From an uncultured bacterium (GTDB lineage: Bacteria > Chloroflexota > UBA5177 > JANWHV01), in assembly GCA_963827235.1 (NCBI GenBank), contig CAWHAE010000016.1, positions 320,001-384,000 on the forward strand: DNA of 64,000 bases, written 5' to 3'. The position numbers were made by a program, and so were the translations under genes. Below are positions 13,876-23,700 of this stretch, piece by piece. Numbering within the stretch: the stretch's first letter is position 1; every line of letters begins with the position of its first letter. The notes under the pieces were generated by a model. The model made no database searches. It saw nothing but the letters and a program-made list of their open reading frames with translations, and had not been told where the DNA came from.

Positions 13876-15357
13876 TTGCCGCATTTGCTGCAGACTCGCT
13901 ACCGCACCCTTATCCTCATAGCGGCGGTAGGTTTCGTCCTGCGCGTCTGGCTTTCCACAACGCAGGACGCTTGGATCGACGAGGCGTTCTCGCTGCAATT
14001 CATGGCGAGGTTACCGCTGAGACAGATCTGGGATGCGGCACAGACGCAGGACTCGCATCCGCCGCTGTATTACGTCGCGCTACACCTGTGGCTGAGGCTG
14101 GTGGGATTCGGCGTCTTTCAGGCCCGTCTGCTGTCCGTGCTGGCTGGCACCGCATGTATCCTCGTGCTGTACGACGTGGCGGACTTGCTCCTTGACCGCA
14201 CGACTGCCCACGTTGCGGCGGCGCTGCTAGCGATATCGCCGGTATCGGTGTGGTATTCCGACGAGATCCGCATGTTCATGCTTGCCGACTTCTTCGGGCT
14301 TGCGGCACTTTGCGCGGTGATCCGCGCCACTCGCAGCCCGGTCGGTAGCTGCCGCAGGTGGTGGATTGCCTACTCGCTGCTCTCGGCTCTGGCTGTCAGC
14401 AGCGATAGCAGTGGTGTCTATCTTGTCGCGGCAGCCAACCTGTACGCGCTGACAGAGGTGCTCGCAGGTAGAGTGCGCGCCGGCCTCTGGATAGCAGCGA
14501 ACCTGCTGGCCTTCGTGCTGGCAGCTCCCTCACTAGCAGTTCTTCGGTACCAGGCGATACATAGTAGGGGCCAGTTTGGTTGGATCACCGAACCCACGTT
14601 GGAGACCGTCTGGCACTCGATGGTGGATCTTGTGAGTATGAACGGCAACCTGGGTGTAGCCACTGCCGTGGGTGCCGGTTTGCTACTGATTGGTCTATCC
14701 GCCGGAGTACTGGATTCCTGCCGGGGCCGCCGCCCCGAGGCGTGGCTCTTGGTCGGGCTGATGACCGTCGTTCCCTTAGCCGTGCCGCTAGTCGTGAGTG
14801 TGGTGGTGCCGGTATTCCTCACCCGCACGATTCTGTCCGCTGTATTTGGATTGCTTCTGCTGTTTGCCTACGCCCTGGTAGCCTTGTTTCGCCGCCGCGT
14901 GTCGCTTGGACTGCTGGCTCTAGCTATCGTTCTCTTCCTCAACTGCCAGTCGCTCTGGGCAGTAGCCTCGCGCCCGCTCAAGGAGGATTGGCAGGGCCTG
15001 GCCCATTACGCCGCGAATCACCTTCAGCAAGACAGCATAGTCGTGATCGATCCATCATGGTTGCGCTATGGCTTCGAGCTCTACTGGCAGCCACACAATC
15101 GACCGGAAACCATGGATGACGGATCGGTCGACGCGTCCGCGGCCGTCGCCGGCAAGGCAGCAGCCGCGCATCAATCCATCTGGCTGATTGTCGGCTACCT
15201 GCCTGCTAACTCCCGCGGCAGTGAAGGTGCAGCGTACCTACGCAGCCACCAGCGACTGGTCAATATGCGTCGGTTCTTCGGCGGCCTCATGCTCTACCAC
15301 TACCTTGGTAGCCCGCCTGGATCGTCCGCACAAGCGGGCCTTCCGTCTGGCCCGTAG
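13876..15357 (+). CDS. GT-C glycosyltransferase (family 39/ArnT/PMT-like)
   Basis: WIDEAFS, DSHPPLYY, ARLLSVLAG, YSDEIRMF and KEDW motifs; multiple TM helices. Confidence 0.82.
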   Translation: MPHLLQTRYRTLILIAAVGFVLRVWLSTTQDAWIDEAFSLQFMARLPLRQIWDAAQTQDSHPPLYYVALHLWLRLVGFGVFQARLLSVLAGTACILVLYDVADLLLDRTTAHVAAALLAISPVSVWYSDEIRMFMLADFFGLAALCAVIRATRSPVGSCRRWWIAYSLLSALAVSSDSSGVYLVAAANLYALTEVLAGRVRAGLWIAANLLAFVLAAPSLAVLRYQAIHSRGQFGWITEPTLETVWHSMVDLVSMNGNLGVATAVGAGLLLIGLSAGVLDSCRGRRPEAWLLVGLMTVVPLAVPLVVSVVVPVFLTRTILSAVFGLLLLFAYALVALFRRRVSLGLLALAIVLFLNCQSLWAVASRPLKEDWQGLAHYAANHLQQDSIVVIDPSWLRYGFELYWQPHNRPETMDDGSVDASAAVAGKAAAAHQSIWLIVGYLPANSRGSEGAAYLRSHQRLVNMRRFFGGLMLYHYLGSPPGSSAQAGLPSGP

Positions 15358-15671
15358 AGCGCGGACATGCAGCGCGCCGCCCTGACTCAGCCGAAATCAG
15401 GTCACAGCCCCTTATTGGCGCGCAGATATCCGCGCAGCCGGGGGCGTGGAAAGGGGTTGCGCGCGTAGCCGTCACCTTCGACCCGAGGCGTCGGATCATC
15501 GGGAAGGCTAGCAGGCCTGGGCACGGCAAGCCGGCTGTAGCTGGGAGCACGGCAGCACGGGCGACCTCCACACGAAATAGGGTCCATGCACCGTTGGAAT
15601 GTTCGCACCTCCAGTTCATCACATCTCTCGACATGGAAATGCCTACCGGCTGTCCATACGGCTCAGCCAAC

Positions 15672-15729
15672 TTGACGGGGATTTCGCGCACCGCTAAACT
15701 CTGGACGAGTCTGCTCCTACAACGGTGTA
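15672..15729 (+). promoter_or_regulatory. Sigma70 promoter plus LacI-type operator upstream of the LacI gene
   Basis: TTGACG-17 nt-TAAACT (15672-15700); near-palindrome TACAACGGTGTA with central CG (15718-15729). Confidence 0.6.
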
Positions 15730-15752
15730 TACAAGAAGGAGGGGTGCCGGCC

Positions 15753-16814
15753 GTGGCCAGAGGGAATGGGCGACCAGCCACAATTCGTGACGTCGCGGCG
15801 CGGGCGGGCGTCTCGTTCAAGAGCGTCTCGAATGTGGTCAATGATCGGCCGTATGTTTCGTCTGAGCTGAAGGCCAAGGTGCAGCAGGCTATCGACGAGC
15901 TCGGCTATCGCCCGCACTCGATTGCGCGCAGCCTCGCCAACAGCCGCAGCAACATACTTGGCGTGGTGCTGCGTGCTACGCCAGTCGACGCGCGCGCAGA
16001 TCCCTTCTTTTCCCAGTTTCTTCTCGGAGTGTGTGCGACCGCGGGTTCGCAAGGCTTCGGTGTGCTGGTGCAGATCGTGGCCAGTGAGGAGCCTATCCTG
16101 CATTACGCCGATCTCTTCGACCATCGGCAGGTCGACGGACTGATCATGCACTCCCCACGTATCGACGACGATCCGGGTGCCGAGGATAGCGAGCACTATC
16201 TGCCCGCCGTGCGGGTCGGGCGTGCACCGCCGAACACCGACGCGCTGGCAGTGGATGGAGACGACGAGCAAGGCGCGTTCCAGGCTGTACAGCACCTCAT
16301 CCGACTCGGACACACCAGGATCGGCATGATTGCCAATGCAGGACCGGCGTTCACCGTCTCAGTCACGCGGACGCTGGGCTACCGGCGCGCGCTCGCCCAG
16401 CACGGAATTGCATTCGACGAAGAACTACTTCTGTCCGGGCGCTTCACAATGCAGAGTGGCCGAGATGAGATGGCCAGACTGCTCGACGTTCCGTGCCGCC
16501 CCACTGCCTGTTTCGTTAGCAGCGACCGCATGGCGCTGGGCGCGATGCAGGAGGTGAAGGCGCGCGGATTGACGATCCCGGCCGACATTGCCATGGTGGG
16601 CTACGACGATCTCTTTGTTGCCGGTCACACGTGCCCCCGTCTCACCTCCGTCCGGGCGCCGATCGATGAAATCAGCACTCGCGCTACGCAGATGCTTGTC
16701 GACACCATTCGAGGTGTGATGGTCAACCCTCGGCAGGTCATCCTGCCGACGGAGCTGGTTATCCGCGAGTCGTGTGGCGGAGTCCAGTCGGAGTCGACAC
16801 GGTCCATGCCGTAG
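15753..16814 (+). CDS. LacI family transcriptional regulator
   Basis: TIRDVAARAGVSFKSVSNVVN HTH, hinge ARSL, sugar-binding domain ending TELVIRESC; GTG after AAGGAGG. Confidence 0.95.
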   Translation: MARGNGRPATIRDVAARAGVSFKSVSNVVNDRPYVSSELKAKVQQAIDELGYRPHSIARSLANSRSNILGVVLRATPVDARADPFFSQFLLGVCATAGSQGFGVLVQIVASEEPILHYADLFDHRQVDGLIMHSPRIDDDPGAEDSEHYLPAVRVGRAPPNTDALAVDGDDEQGAFQAVQHLIRLGHTRIGMIANAGPAFTVSVTRTLGYRRALAQHGIAFDEELLLSGRFTMQSGRDEMARLLDVPCRPTACFVSSDRMALGAMQEVKARGLTIPADIAMVGYDDLFVAGHTCPRLTSVRAPIDEISTRATQMLVDTIRGVMVNPRQVILPTELVIRESCGGVQSESTRSMP

Positions 16815-17099
16815 CCGGTCGCCCGACTTCACCCAGCCCAGCTGCTCGTTTGGTAATCTCCACCTCGCCACAACGGCATTCGACCGGCGGAGCTCGGCAG
16901 TCCTTGCCATAACTATCCAGGCCAGTTACTCCCAAAAACGCAGATGCCGTCCCCTCGGGATGCTTCGCGCGTGAATGCCCGGCGTTCTGCCGTGATCGGC
17001 CGGTAGGAGATCTGTGTCTAGCACGGCAGAGCCGGGTAGGGTAGGATTGGTCAGGACGGGCCATTCCAGCCGTTCGGCGCTCCACAAGCGGAGGACCAC

Positions 17100-19214
17100 A
17101 TGATCGACGACCCTGAACTTCTTGGTAGTTCCTTGCCCGCGCCGGCCGGTCCGGCCGCGTTGCCTGAGCAACAGGCCACCTGGACTGATGACGATGCCGT
17201 CGAAGACGACGATGACGACGATCCGGCGCGTACTCAAGGCATCACTCCATTTGGGCGTACCGCGTCGTATGTGCATTCCACTCCGGAGCCGGTCGCCGGC
17301 GCCCTGCCACGACGGATCCGGAGGCGCGCCGACTTCGCACGTTGCTTGGCGAAGCTGCTGGACGAACTGCCACCGGGAACCCTGCTCACCACCAAGGGAG
17401 CCACACTGTTCGCGGAGACCGCGGCTGACTCCTGCGGGACGACTGTGGCCGGCGTCTTCAAACTGGAATTCAAGTCAGAGACTGTCGCCAAGATTGATGC
17501 GGGTACCGCCTACTTTGCCCGCCCGGTTACGGCTGCCATGCTGGACAAGGCGCACAAACACGAGCGCGTGTACTGCGGCTCCGAGTTGCTCATCGCCCGT
17601 ACCTGGCCATGGGACCCTGCCGACGTTGCCAGGAGCGCGGTCTTCCTGGTGCTCAGTGCACCGCCGCATCCCGCAGATGGCATAGCCTTCAACTTTACAG
17701 ACGTTGACAGGCGTCGCATCACGACCCTGACGACGCTCATCGGTCTGCGAGAGGAGTCCTACGAGCAGAAACGCGCCGAGCAGTTGCTGCGCAAGGGGAC
17801 CAAAGTCATGGCTGCGACCTCCCGGGTAGAGAAGCGCCTGGCCGACCTCGCTTCCGCTATTTCCGAGGCGGCGGGTGCCGAGCATGTGGCAATCTGGCTC
17901 GCCTCCCAGGGCAACACCGACACCTTCCGGCTTCGGGCCGTCGCGGGTGGACCATCACCCGAAGACCAGGCAGAACACCTCACCGCCAGCCCGTCCATGC
18001 ATCGAGACATGCTGCGCCTGGCACAGGGACGGCCGGTTGCCGTTGCCACTTCAGCGTTACAGTGGCTGCCGCGAGTGTTCGACGTCGCACCGGAGCGGTT
18101 GGGAGATTCGGCGCTCGTCATCCCGGTTCGCCGCGCGGGCGACCTGATTGGAGTGGCGGCCGGAGTGTCGTCCGTCGAGAATGCTGAAAGCATAGCCGAC
18201 GTTGGGCAGGAATCGATCGTCGGACTACTCGAGGCGCTGGCCGACCAAGTTGCTCTGGCCACGGAGTTCGCACACTCTGCCCGGGACGCCCAGCAGAATG
18301 CGCGACGCTTCGCGCTGCTGGCGGCGATCGCCGAGATAGCTCTTGCTAAGTTGGGTGCCACGGAGATGGTCGACGCGATACTGACACGCGTGCGGGAGCA
18401 CTTCGACTCGCACAAGGCCAGCCTGTTTCTGTTGCATGGCGATCGAGGCTCCTTGGGCACGCGGTCGGTGCAGAGGCAGGACCAGACGACCTCCCGCATG
18501 CACACGGCGAGGGTCGCCGTATCGTGGGATGACCAGCTCATCGGCAGCCTTGTGCTGAGACGAGCCGACACACCGTTTGACTCGACGGATGAAGAAACGC
18601 TCGTGCAAGTCGCGGATCAAATCGCGCTGGCTCTTAGCGCATCGGGCCGGTTCGAGTTCGAGGCGTCCATGGCTGTGCTCGACATGCTGACCGATCTGCC
18701 CAACCGGAGATCAGCCGAGAAAACGCTGGATAATGAGCTTGGCCACGTCTCCCGAGACTCCGACGCCTACCTGATTATCTGCCTTCTCGATATCGATCAC
18801 TTCAAACATATCAACGACACATTCGGACACGAGAACGGCGACATGGTGCTAAGGCAGATTGCAACGATGTTCAAGGCACAGCTGCGGGGCTCAGACTATG
18901 TGGCGCGATGGGGGGGCGAGGAATTCCTCTTGCTGTACAGGACCGGCGATCTCGCTCGCTCGCGACAGGTCGCCGAGCGCGTGCGGCGTGCCGTCGGCAT
19001 GATCAGTCCCAAGACGACGAACGGGGAAAAGATCGACGTTACGATGTCGCTGGGCGGCGCTATCTGTCCTGTCAACGGCACCACGCGCGACGTTCTTCTG
19101 CTCGCCGCGGACGCCGCTCTCTATCGGGCAAAGGCCGCCGGACGAGATCAGGCGGCGTGGGCCCCAGACCCGGATGACGCACGACGCGATACGCCTGCCA
19201 TCGCCGGCCGGTAG
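17100..19214 (+). CDS. GAF-containing diguanylate cyclase
   Basis: DMLTDLPNRR, DIDHFKHINDTFGH, RWGGEEF active site, RGSD I-site five residues upstream; GAF-like domains in the N-terminal part. Confidence 0.92.
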   Translation: MIDDPELLGSSLPAPAGPAALPEQQATWTDDDAVEDDDDDDPARTQGITPFGRTASYVHSTPEPVAGALPRRIRRRADFARCLAKLLDELPPGTLLTTKGATLFAETAADSCGTTVAGVFKLEFKSETVAKIDAGTAYFARPVTAAMLDKAHKHERVYCGSELLIARTWPWDPADVARSAVFLVLSAPPHPADGIAFNFTDVDRRRITTLTTLIGLREESYEQKRAEQLLRKGTKVMAATSRVEKRLADLASAISEAAGAEHVAIWLASQGNTDTFRLRAVAGGPSPEDQAEHLTASPSMHRDMLRLAQGRPVAVATSALQWLPRVFDVAPERLGDSALVIPVRRAGDLIGVAAGVSSVENAESIADVGQESIVGLLEALADQVALATEFAHSARDAQQNARRFALLAAIAEIALAKLGATEMVDAILTRVREHFDSHKASLFLLHGDRGSLGTRSVQRQDQTTSRMHTARVAVSWDDQLIGSLVLRRADTPFDSTDEETLVQVADQIALALSASGRFEFEASMAVLDMLTDLPNRRSAEKTLDNELGHVSRDSDAYLIICLLDIDHFKHINDTFGHENGDMVLRQIATMFKAQLRGSDYVARWGGEEFLLLYRTGDLARSRQVAERVRRAVGMISPKTTNGEKIDVTMSLGGAICPVNGTTRDVLLLAADAALYRAKAAGRDQAAWAPDPDDARRDTPAIAGR

Positions 19215-19288
19215 ACTCCTCACGGCACGCTGTTAGACGGCGCCTCGTTGCGCCGTCTCCGGCAGAATAAGGTCGTGCTTCCCATGAG

Positions 19289-19897
19289 TTAGGCCAGGCT
19301 GGCAGCCCGGGACTCGACGTCGACCAGGGACAGCTCTATGCGATGCGGCTCGCGAGCGAGCACGGTGAACGCCCTCTCGTACACTGCCGCCAGGCTTCGC
19401 AGAAGAGAACCGGCACTGCCACACTGAACGCTTACCTGCAGCGTTCCCTGGTGGAGTTGGCGCACCCTGATGCTGCCTGCCTCTGGGAGGCTCGCCAGAG
19501 CCCTTTGGAAACCGCCGACGTCGCGAAACGATTTGAAGCTCGAAACTACGAGCTCCACAAAAGCATTCTCCGACGCCATGCCAACCACCGTCAGCTGCCC
19601 GTGCGCGGCAGGCACCGGAAACGCTCCTCCGCCCGATGTGCCCTCGCTCAAACGAGCCGCCTGGTACCAGGAAGCATACGGCGGCATGCTCGTAGCAGAA
19701 CCCACGACCGGGCCATCTGCGGCACCCGGCTCCTGACCCTGCGCCTCGGCAAAGGCAGCCGGCCGCGTACCCATTCGCGTGGAAAGGGCAACACCAGGCC
19801 GGCGCCCGTCGCCGCCCACTCCGCTCATCCGGTCATTCATGATCAACCTCATACTTGCTCGAGCCGACTGGTCGCCGTCATCGGGGCGCGTGCCCAT
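19289..19897 (-). CDS. Hypothetical protein (disordered N-terminus, small alpha/beta C-terminal domain)
   Basis: ORF co-oriented with the GT2/GtrA genes; ordered C-terminal ~80 aa (FVELVVSSFKSFRDVGGFQRAL...). Confidence 0.6.
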   Translation of the reverse strand: MGTRPDDGDQSARASMRLIMNDRMSGVGGDGRRPGVALSTRMGTRPAAFAEAQGQEPGAADGPVVGSATSMPPYASWYQAARLSEGTSGGGAFPVPAAHGQLTVVGMASENAFVELVVSSFKSFRDVGGFQRALASLPEAGSIRVRQLHQGTLQVSVQCGSAGSLLRSLAAVYERAFTVLAREPHRIELSLVDVESRAASLA

Positions 19898-20032
19898 TAC
19901 CTGTACGTTACCTGGTCAGCTACGGTCCGAATAACATCCAAATGGATAGAGATCACTGCTCAGGCTGGATCCAACCGGTACCACTACGTGCGCAAGTGGA
20001 ATCCACAAGCGGGTCAGCTATGCACCGGTCAG

Positions 20033-20632
20033 CTAGGCCAGCTCTTCTGCCGGACTCAAGGACCCTACGCTGCGCCGCACCCGGTCTCCATCCTGGCCAC
20101 CGCCTAGCTGGCCTTCTCCGCCTGCCAGGGTGCCCGCGCTCGTGACTCGCGCACCGCGAGCGCGCGCCCGGCGAGCGGCGTTGCCGGGACCGACTTGCAC
20201 CTCCTCCGGAGCCGGAGTGAATACGAACCTGCTGGCAAGAAAGAAGTTGCATGCAAAGGCAGCCACGATTCCACCCATGTCAGCCTCGAGATAGTGCAGG
20301 CCAGAGGCCAGCAGCAAGCCAAACGCAAACGCGTTGATTGCTACGCCGGATATTGAGCTGAGCTGAGCACGCAGTGCGCGCCACATCCATTCGATGCCGC
20401 GAACGTGCGTTTGGTCGTGATACGTGAATCGTTGGTTCGCGTAGAAGTTGATCAGTGCGCTGCACTCAAAAGCCATGAGCCAGGCTAGCACCGTGTTCAC
20501 GCGGAGTTCCCTGTGAAAGAGCCAGAGGAACCCGACGTTGACCGGAATTCCGACGGCGCCCACGAGCGCAAAGCGAACTACGCGGCGGGCCAAAGTCGCC
20601 CTGAATCCAGTGCGGAAGGCAAGAAAGAACAC
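20033..20632 (-). CDS. GtrA family flippase-like membrane protein
   Basis: RFALVGAVGIPVN...INFYANQRFTY...CNFFLASRFVF, four TM helices; AAGGAG SD. Confidence 0.85.
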   Translation of the reverse strand: MFFLAFRTGFRATLARRVVRFALVGAVGIPVNVGFLWLFHRELRVNTVLAWLMAFECSALINFYANQRFTYHDQTHVRGIEWMWRALRAQLSSISGVAINAFAFGLLLASGLHYLEADMGGIVAAFACNFFLASRFVFTPAPEEVQVGPGNAARRARARGARVTSAGTLAGGEGQLGGGQDGDRVRRSVGSLSPAEELA

Positions 20633-20725
20633 GGACTACTCCTTTGCGCAGGACACGTGAGGTCGGCAGCACCTGGTGCCGGCCGAAACGACCAGGTAGT
20701 GCCGACCCGAGACGCCGAGAGGACT

Positions 20726-23700
20726 CTACGCCACTTCCACTTGCTGCGCCGATGTTGCCGGCGCAGTCAGCGGAGATGTCGATCCCGAATGGTTGGTTAC
20801 TCGATACAGGCCGTGTATCGTCTTCTCCCAATAGAAAGGCTTGAACCAGAGCTGGATGAAGCCCTTCCAGGCAGCGAGGCTCATCAACGCCCAGTAGAGC
20901 GGTGAGAGAAGCGCGAACTTCACCTTGTCGTACATGCCGGGACGTAGACAACCTGCCACGTTCAAGTACACGAACGCCGTGTTGCCCAGAACCAAGCTGA
21001 GTCCTCCCAGGTAGAAGATCGGCGCCGGAAACAGCTCCCGTATCAGGTGCGCATGTGAGGAATACCAGAGTGCCGTCAGACACCAGAGTATAGGGTTCAC
21101 GAGCAGCCCGAAGAACGTGCCCCCGACGACTATATTGAAGCTGAGAAATGCCTTCAACCCGACCTCCCTGCAGAACTGCACCGGGTGGCGCATGTGCACG
21201 AGGTACGTTTGCACATAGCCCTTCACCCATCGCGAGCGCTGCCGGATCCAGTTGTAGACCTCGCTCGTAGCCTCTTCGTAGGTCGTACTCTCAATGACGG
21301 CCGTGCGCCAGCCTCGCCGGAAAAGTCGTACCCCCAGATCAGCATCCTCGGTCACGTTGAACGGATCCCAGGCTCCGATCTCGAGCAGGTACGAGACCTT
21401 GAAGTGGTTCGATGTGCCTCCCAGCGGCACAGGGGCGCCACTGGCGTCGAGTCCGGGCAGGAACAGGTCGAACCACATGGAATACTCGATGGAAAACCAT
21501 CGTGTGAGCCAGTTCTGATCGCTGTTGTAGTAGCTGAGCTTTGCCTGCAGACACACAACATCCGCCGGAACTTTCCGAAAGCCTATCACTGCCTTCTTGA
21601 GCTGATCGGGCTCCGGTACGTCCTCGGCATCGTATATTACGACGTACTCGCCTCGTGCATGGATGAGTCCATAGTTGCACGCTTTCGGCTTGCCGCGCGG
21701 GTGCGCTGCCGGCACGACGACGGGGTGCACGAATGCCGGCAGCTGCATTGCTGCAACGGCGCCGCGGGTGCTCATGTCGTCCTCTTCCAGCAACAGCTTC
21801 ACGTCCAGCTTCGTGGGAGGATAGTCGAGCCGGGCCAGGCCTGCCACCAACGCCGGGAGCACCGCAGCCTCTCGATAAAGGGGCACCAGCACGGTGTAGA
21901 CCGGCAAATCGACATCGTCCAGGGCAGCGAGCTCGTCATCACCCACCGGTATCTCAAGATCGTGTGAGAGCGATCGGTAGATGAGATACCCACGGTAGAA
22001 TGAGAATGCCGCGTACAGGAGTGTGCATATGGCGGCGAGGCCGACACCCAATACGACCGGAGCCCGCCAGAGCAATGCTATGGCTACCACCCCTGCCGCT
22101 GCGAACGTGACAGTCTGAGATCGCGTGACAACGCGAGCCGCGGACTCCTCCGGCGACCGCACGGCGAGCTCGGTACTACTGCGCTCGAGGTAGAGATCGC
22201 GGTAGAGCGACTCAAGAGCGGCCTCGAAATCCTCTTCGGTGCAGATCATCGGCTGGATTGGTAAGCCCAGAAGCGTCTCGGCTTCCTCACGCGCCACGAC
22301 GTCCAGCGGGTCGGGCATCACTGCCACCAAGATGGACCCGGCCTCGTACAACGGCAAGACGCCCAGCCTGCGCTCATCCTGCTCCGGTATGCGACGAGCA
22401 AGGTCTTCGTCAATCCTTATGCCCTTCAGTCCTACGAAGGGAAGGTCCAGCTGCTCCGCCAGGAAGTAGGCCAGCTGCTCCTGCGTAATGAGGCTCAGGT
22501 GGATCAAAGCCTGGCCCAGCCGCACACCTGACGACGCGTGCAACGCAACTGCACGCTCGAGTTCCTCTTCGGATACGACACCGCTCAGCAACAACCGCTC
22601 GCCAAGCTGAGCGCTTCCGCTGGACCGGGCGATTGCGGCGAGGATCTCCGGTCTTGGCGCGACCGTCAACCGGCAGATCGCCGGGCTCAGCGAGGCCACG
22701 GCAGAATGCACCTCCGGAGCGCATGGATCGGCCACCGCGACTACTATGCAGGATCCCTGCAGGCCAGATGATGGCTGGCCCACAGAGGCAGCTTCGACGT
22801 CGACGGAGACGTGCTCGCGGCGAATGGGCAGCACACCGCGGCTGCGCGCCATGCCAAGCGGCACCATGGTAGCTACAGCCGGGTCAACCGGTACATGCGG
22901 CAAATCGATGCGGACACGACTCTCGGTCTCGAAGTAGACCTCGTCCAGCTTTCCCGTATGCCGTAGGTTGACTCGAGGCAGGTTGCAGAGTCGCGACGCA
23001 AGCTCCGCGAACTCCTCGTAATCCAGGACGCCTGCATTGACAAGCGCCTGGTCTGCTCCCGCTTCCGGCCCGTCGAGATACTGCAACAAGTTGACCCCGA
23101 CGAGCCGGCCCTGGTGCTGCAGGAAGCCGATCACCGGATGAGCAGCGTAGATGTTCAGCGCTCGCGACGATACGGCGAAAGCACGCAAGCGCGACCTGAT
23201 CGCCTCGTCCGCCGCCGCGACGGGTCGGATTACCATGCCCGACGCTCGAGCGAGCGCACGACAGATCTCGCCACTTGGAGCGGCCATAGCTACCCACAAC
23301 ACGTGCCCGTCCCGACGAAGCGGAACGGCACAGAGGGCCTCGAGCAGGTTGCGCGAGATAAGCTGCACCAGCTCGGGCTTGACGGCGTAGTACTCGAGGC
23401 GTACAGATGGCGTGGTGTGCTGCGGGCCGCTCTCCCGCGTTGTCGCGCCACCTCGACGAGCTCCCGTCGCGCCGTCGGCTGCCTTCCGACCGCGCCAGAG
23501 CGCCTGCAGCCGCCAAGCATCGGTCTCCCTATAATGACGGGCCTGAGCGCCTTGCAGCCTGTCCGGGCTCATCTCGTGCAGACGCACGCGCGCGCCGGTG
23601 AGTCGCGAGATGGCACGGCGAATAGCTTCGGCCTCGGGGTGCCGTGCCGCGATACCAAGAGTCAGAACGTCATGATCGCTCATTACCGGGACGATCGACA

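Noticed and set aside
13405-13998. ORFs in the gap between the two GT-C genes
   Set aside because: Arg/Pro-rich translations with no motif or SD
15402-15608. 68-aa Cys-containing ORF divergent from LacI as a possible peptide precursor
   Set aside because: No properly spaced SD, no modifying enzymes nearby, and unconvincing composition
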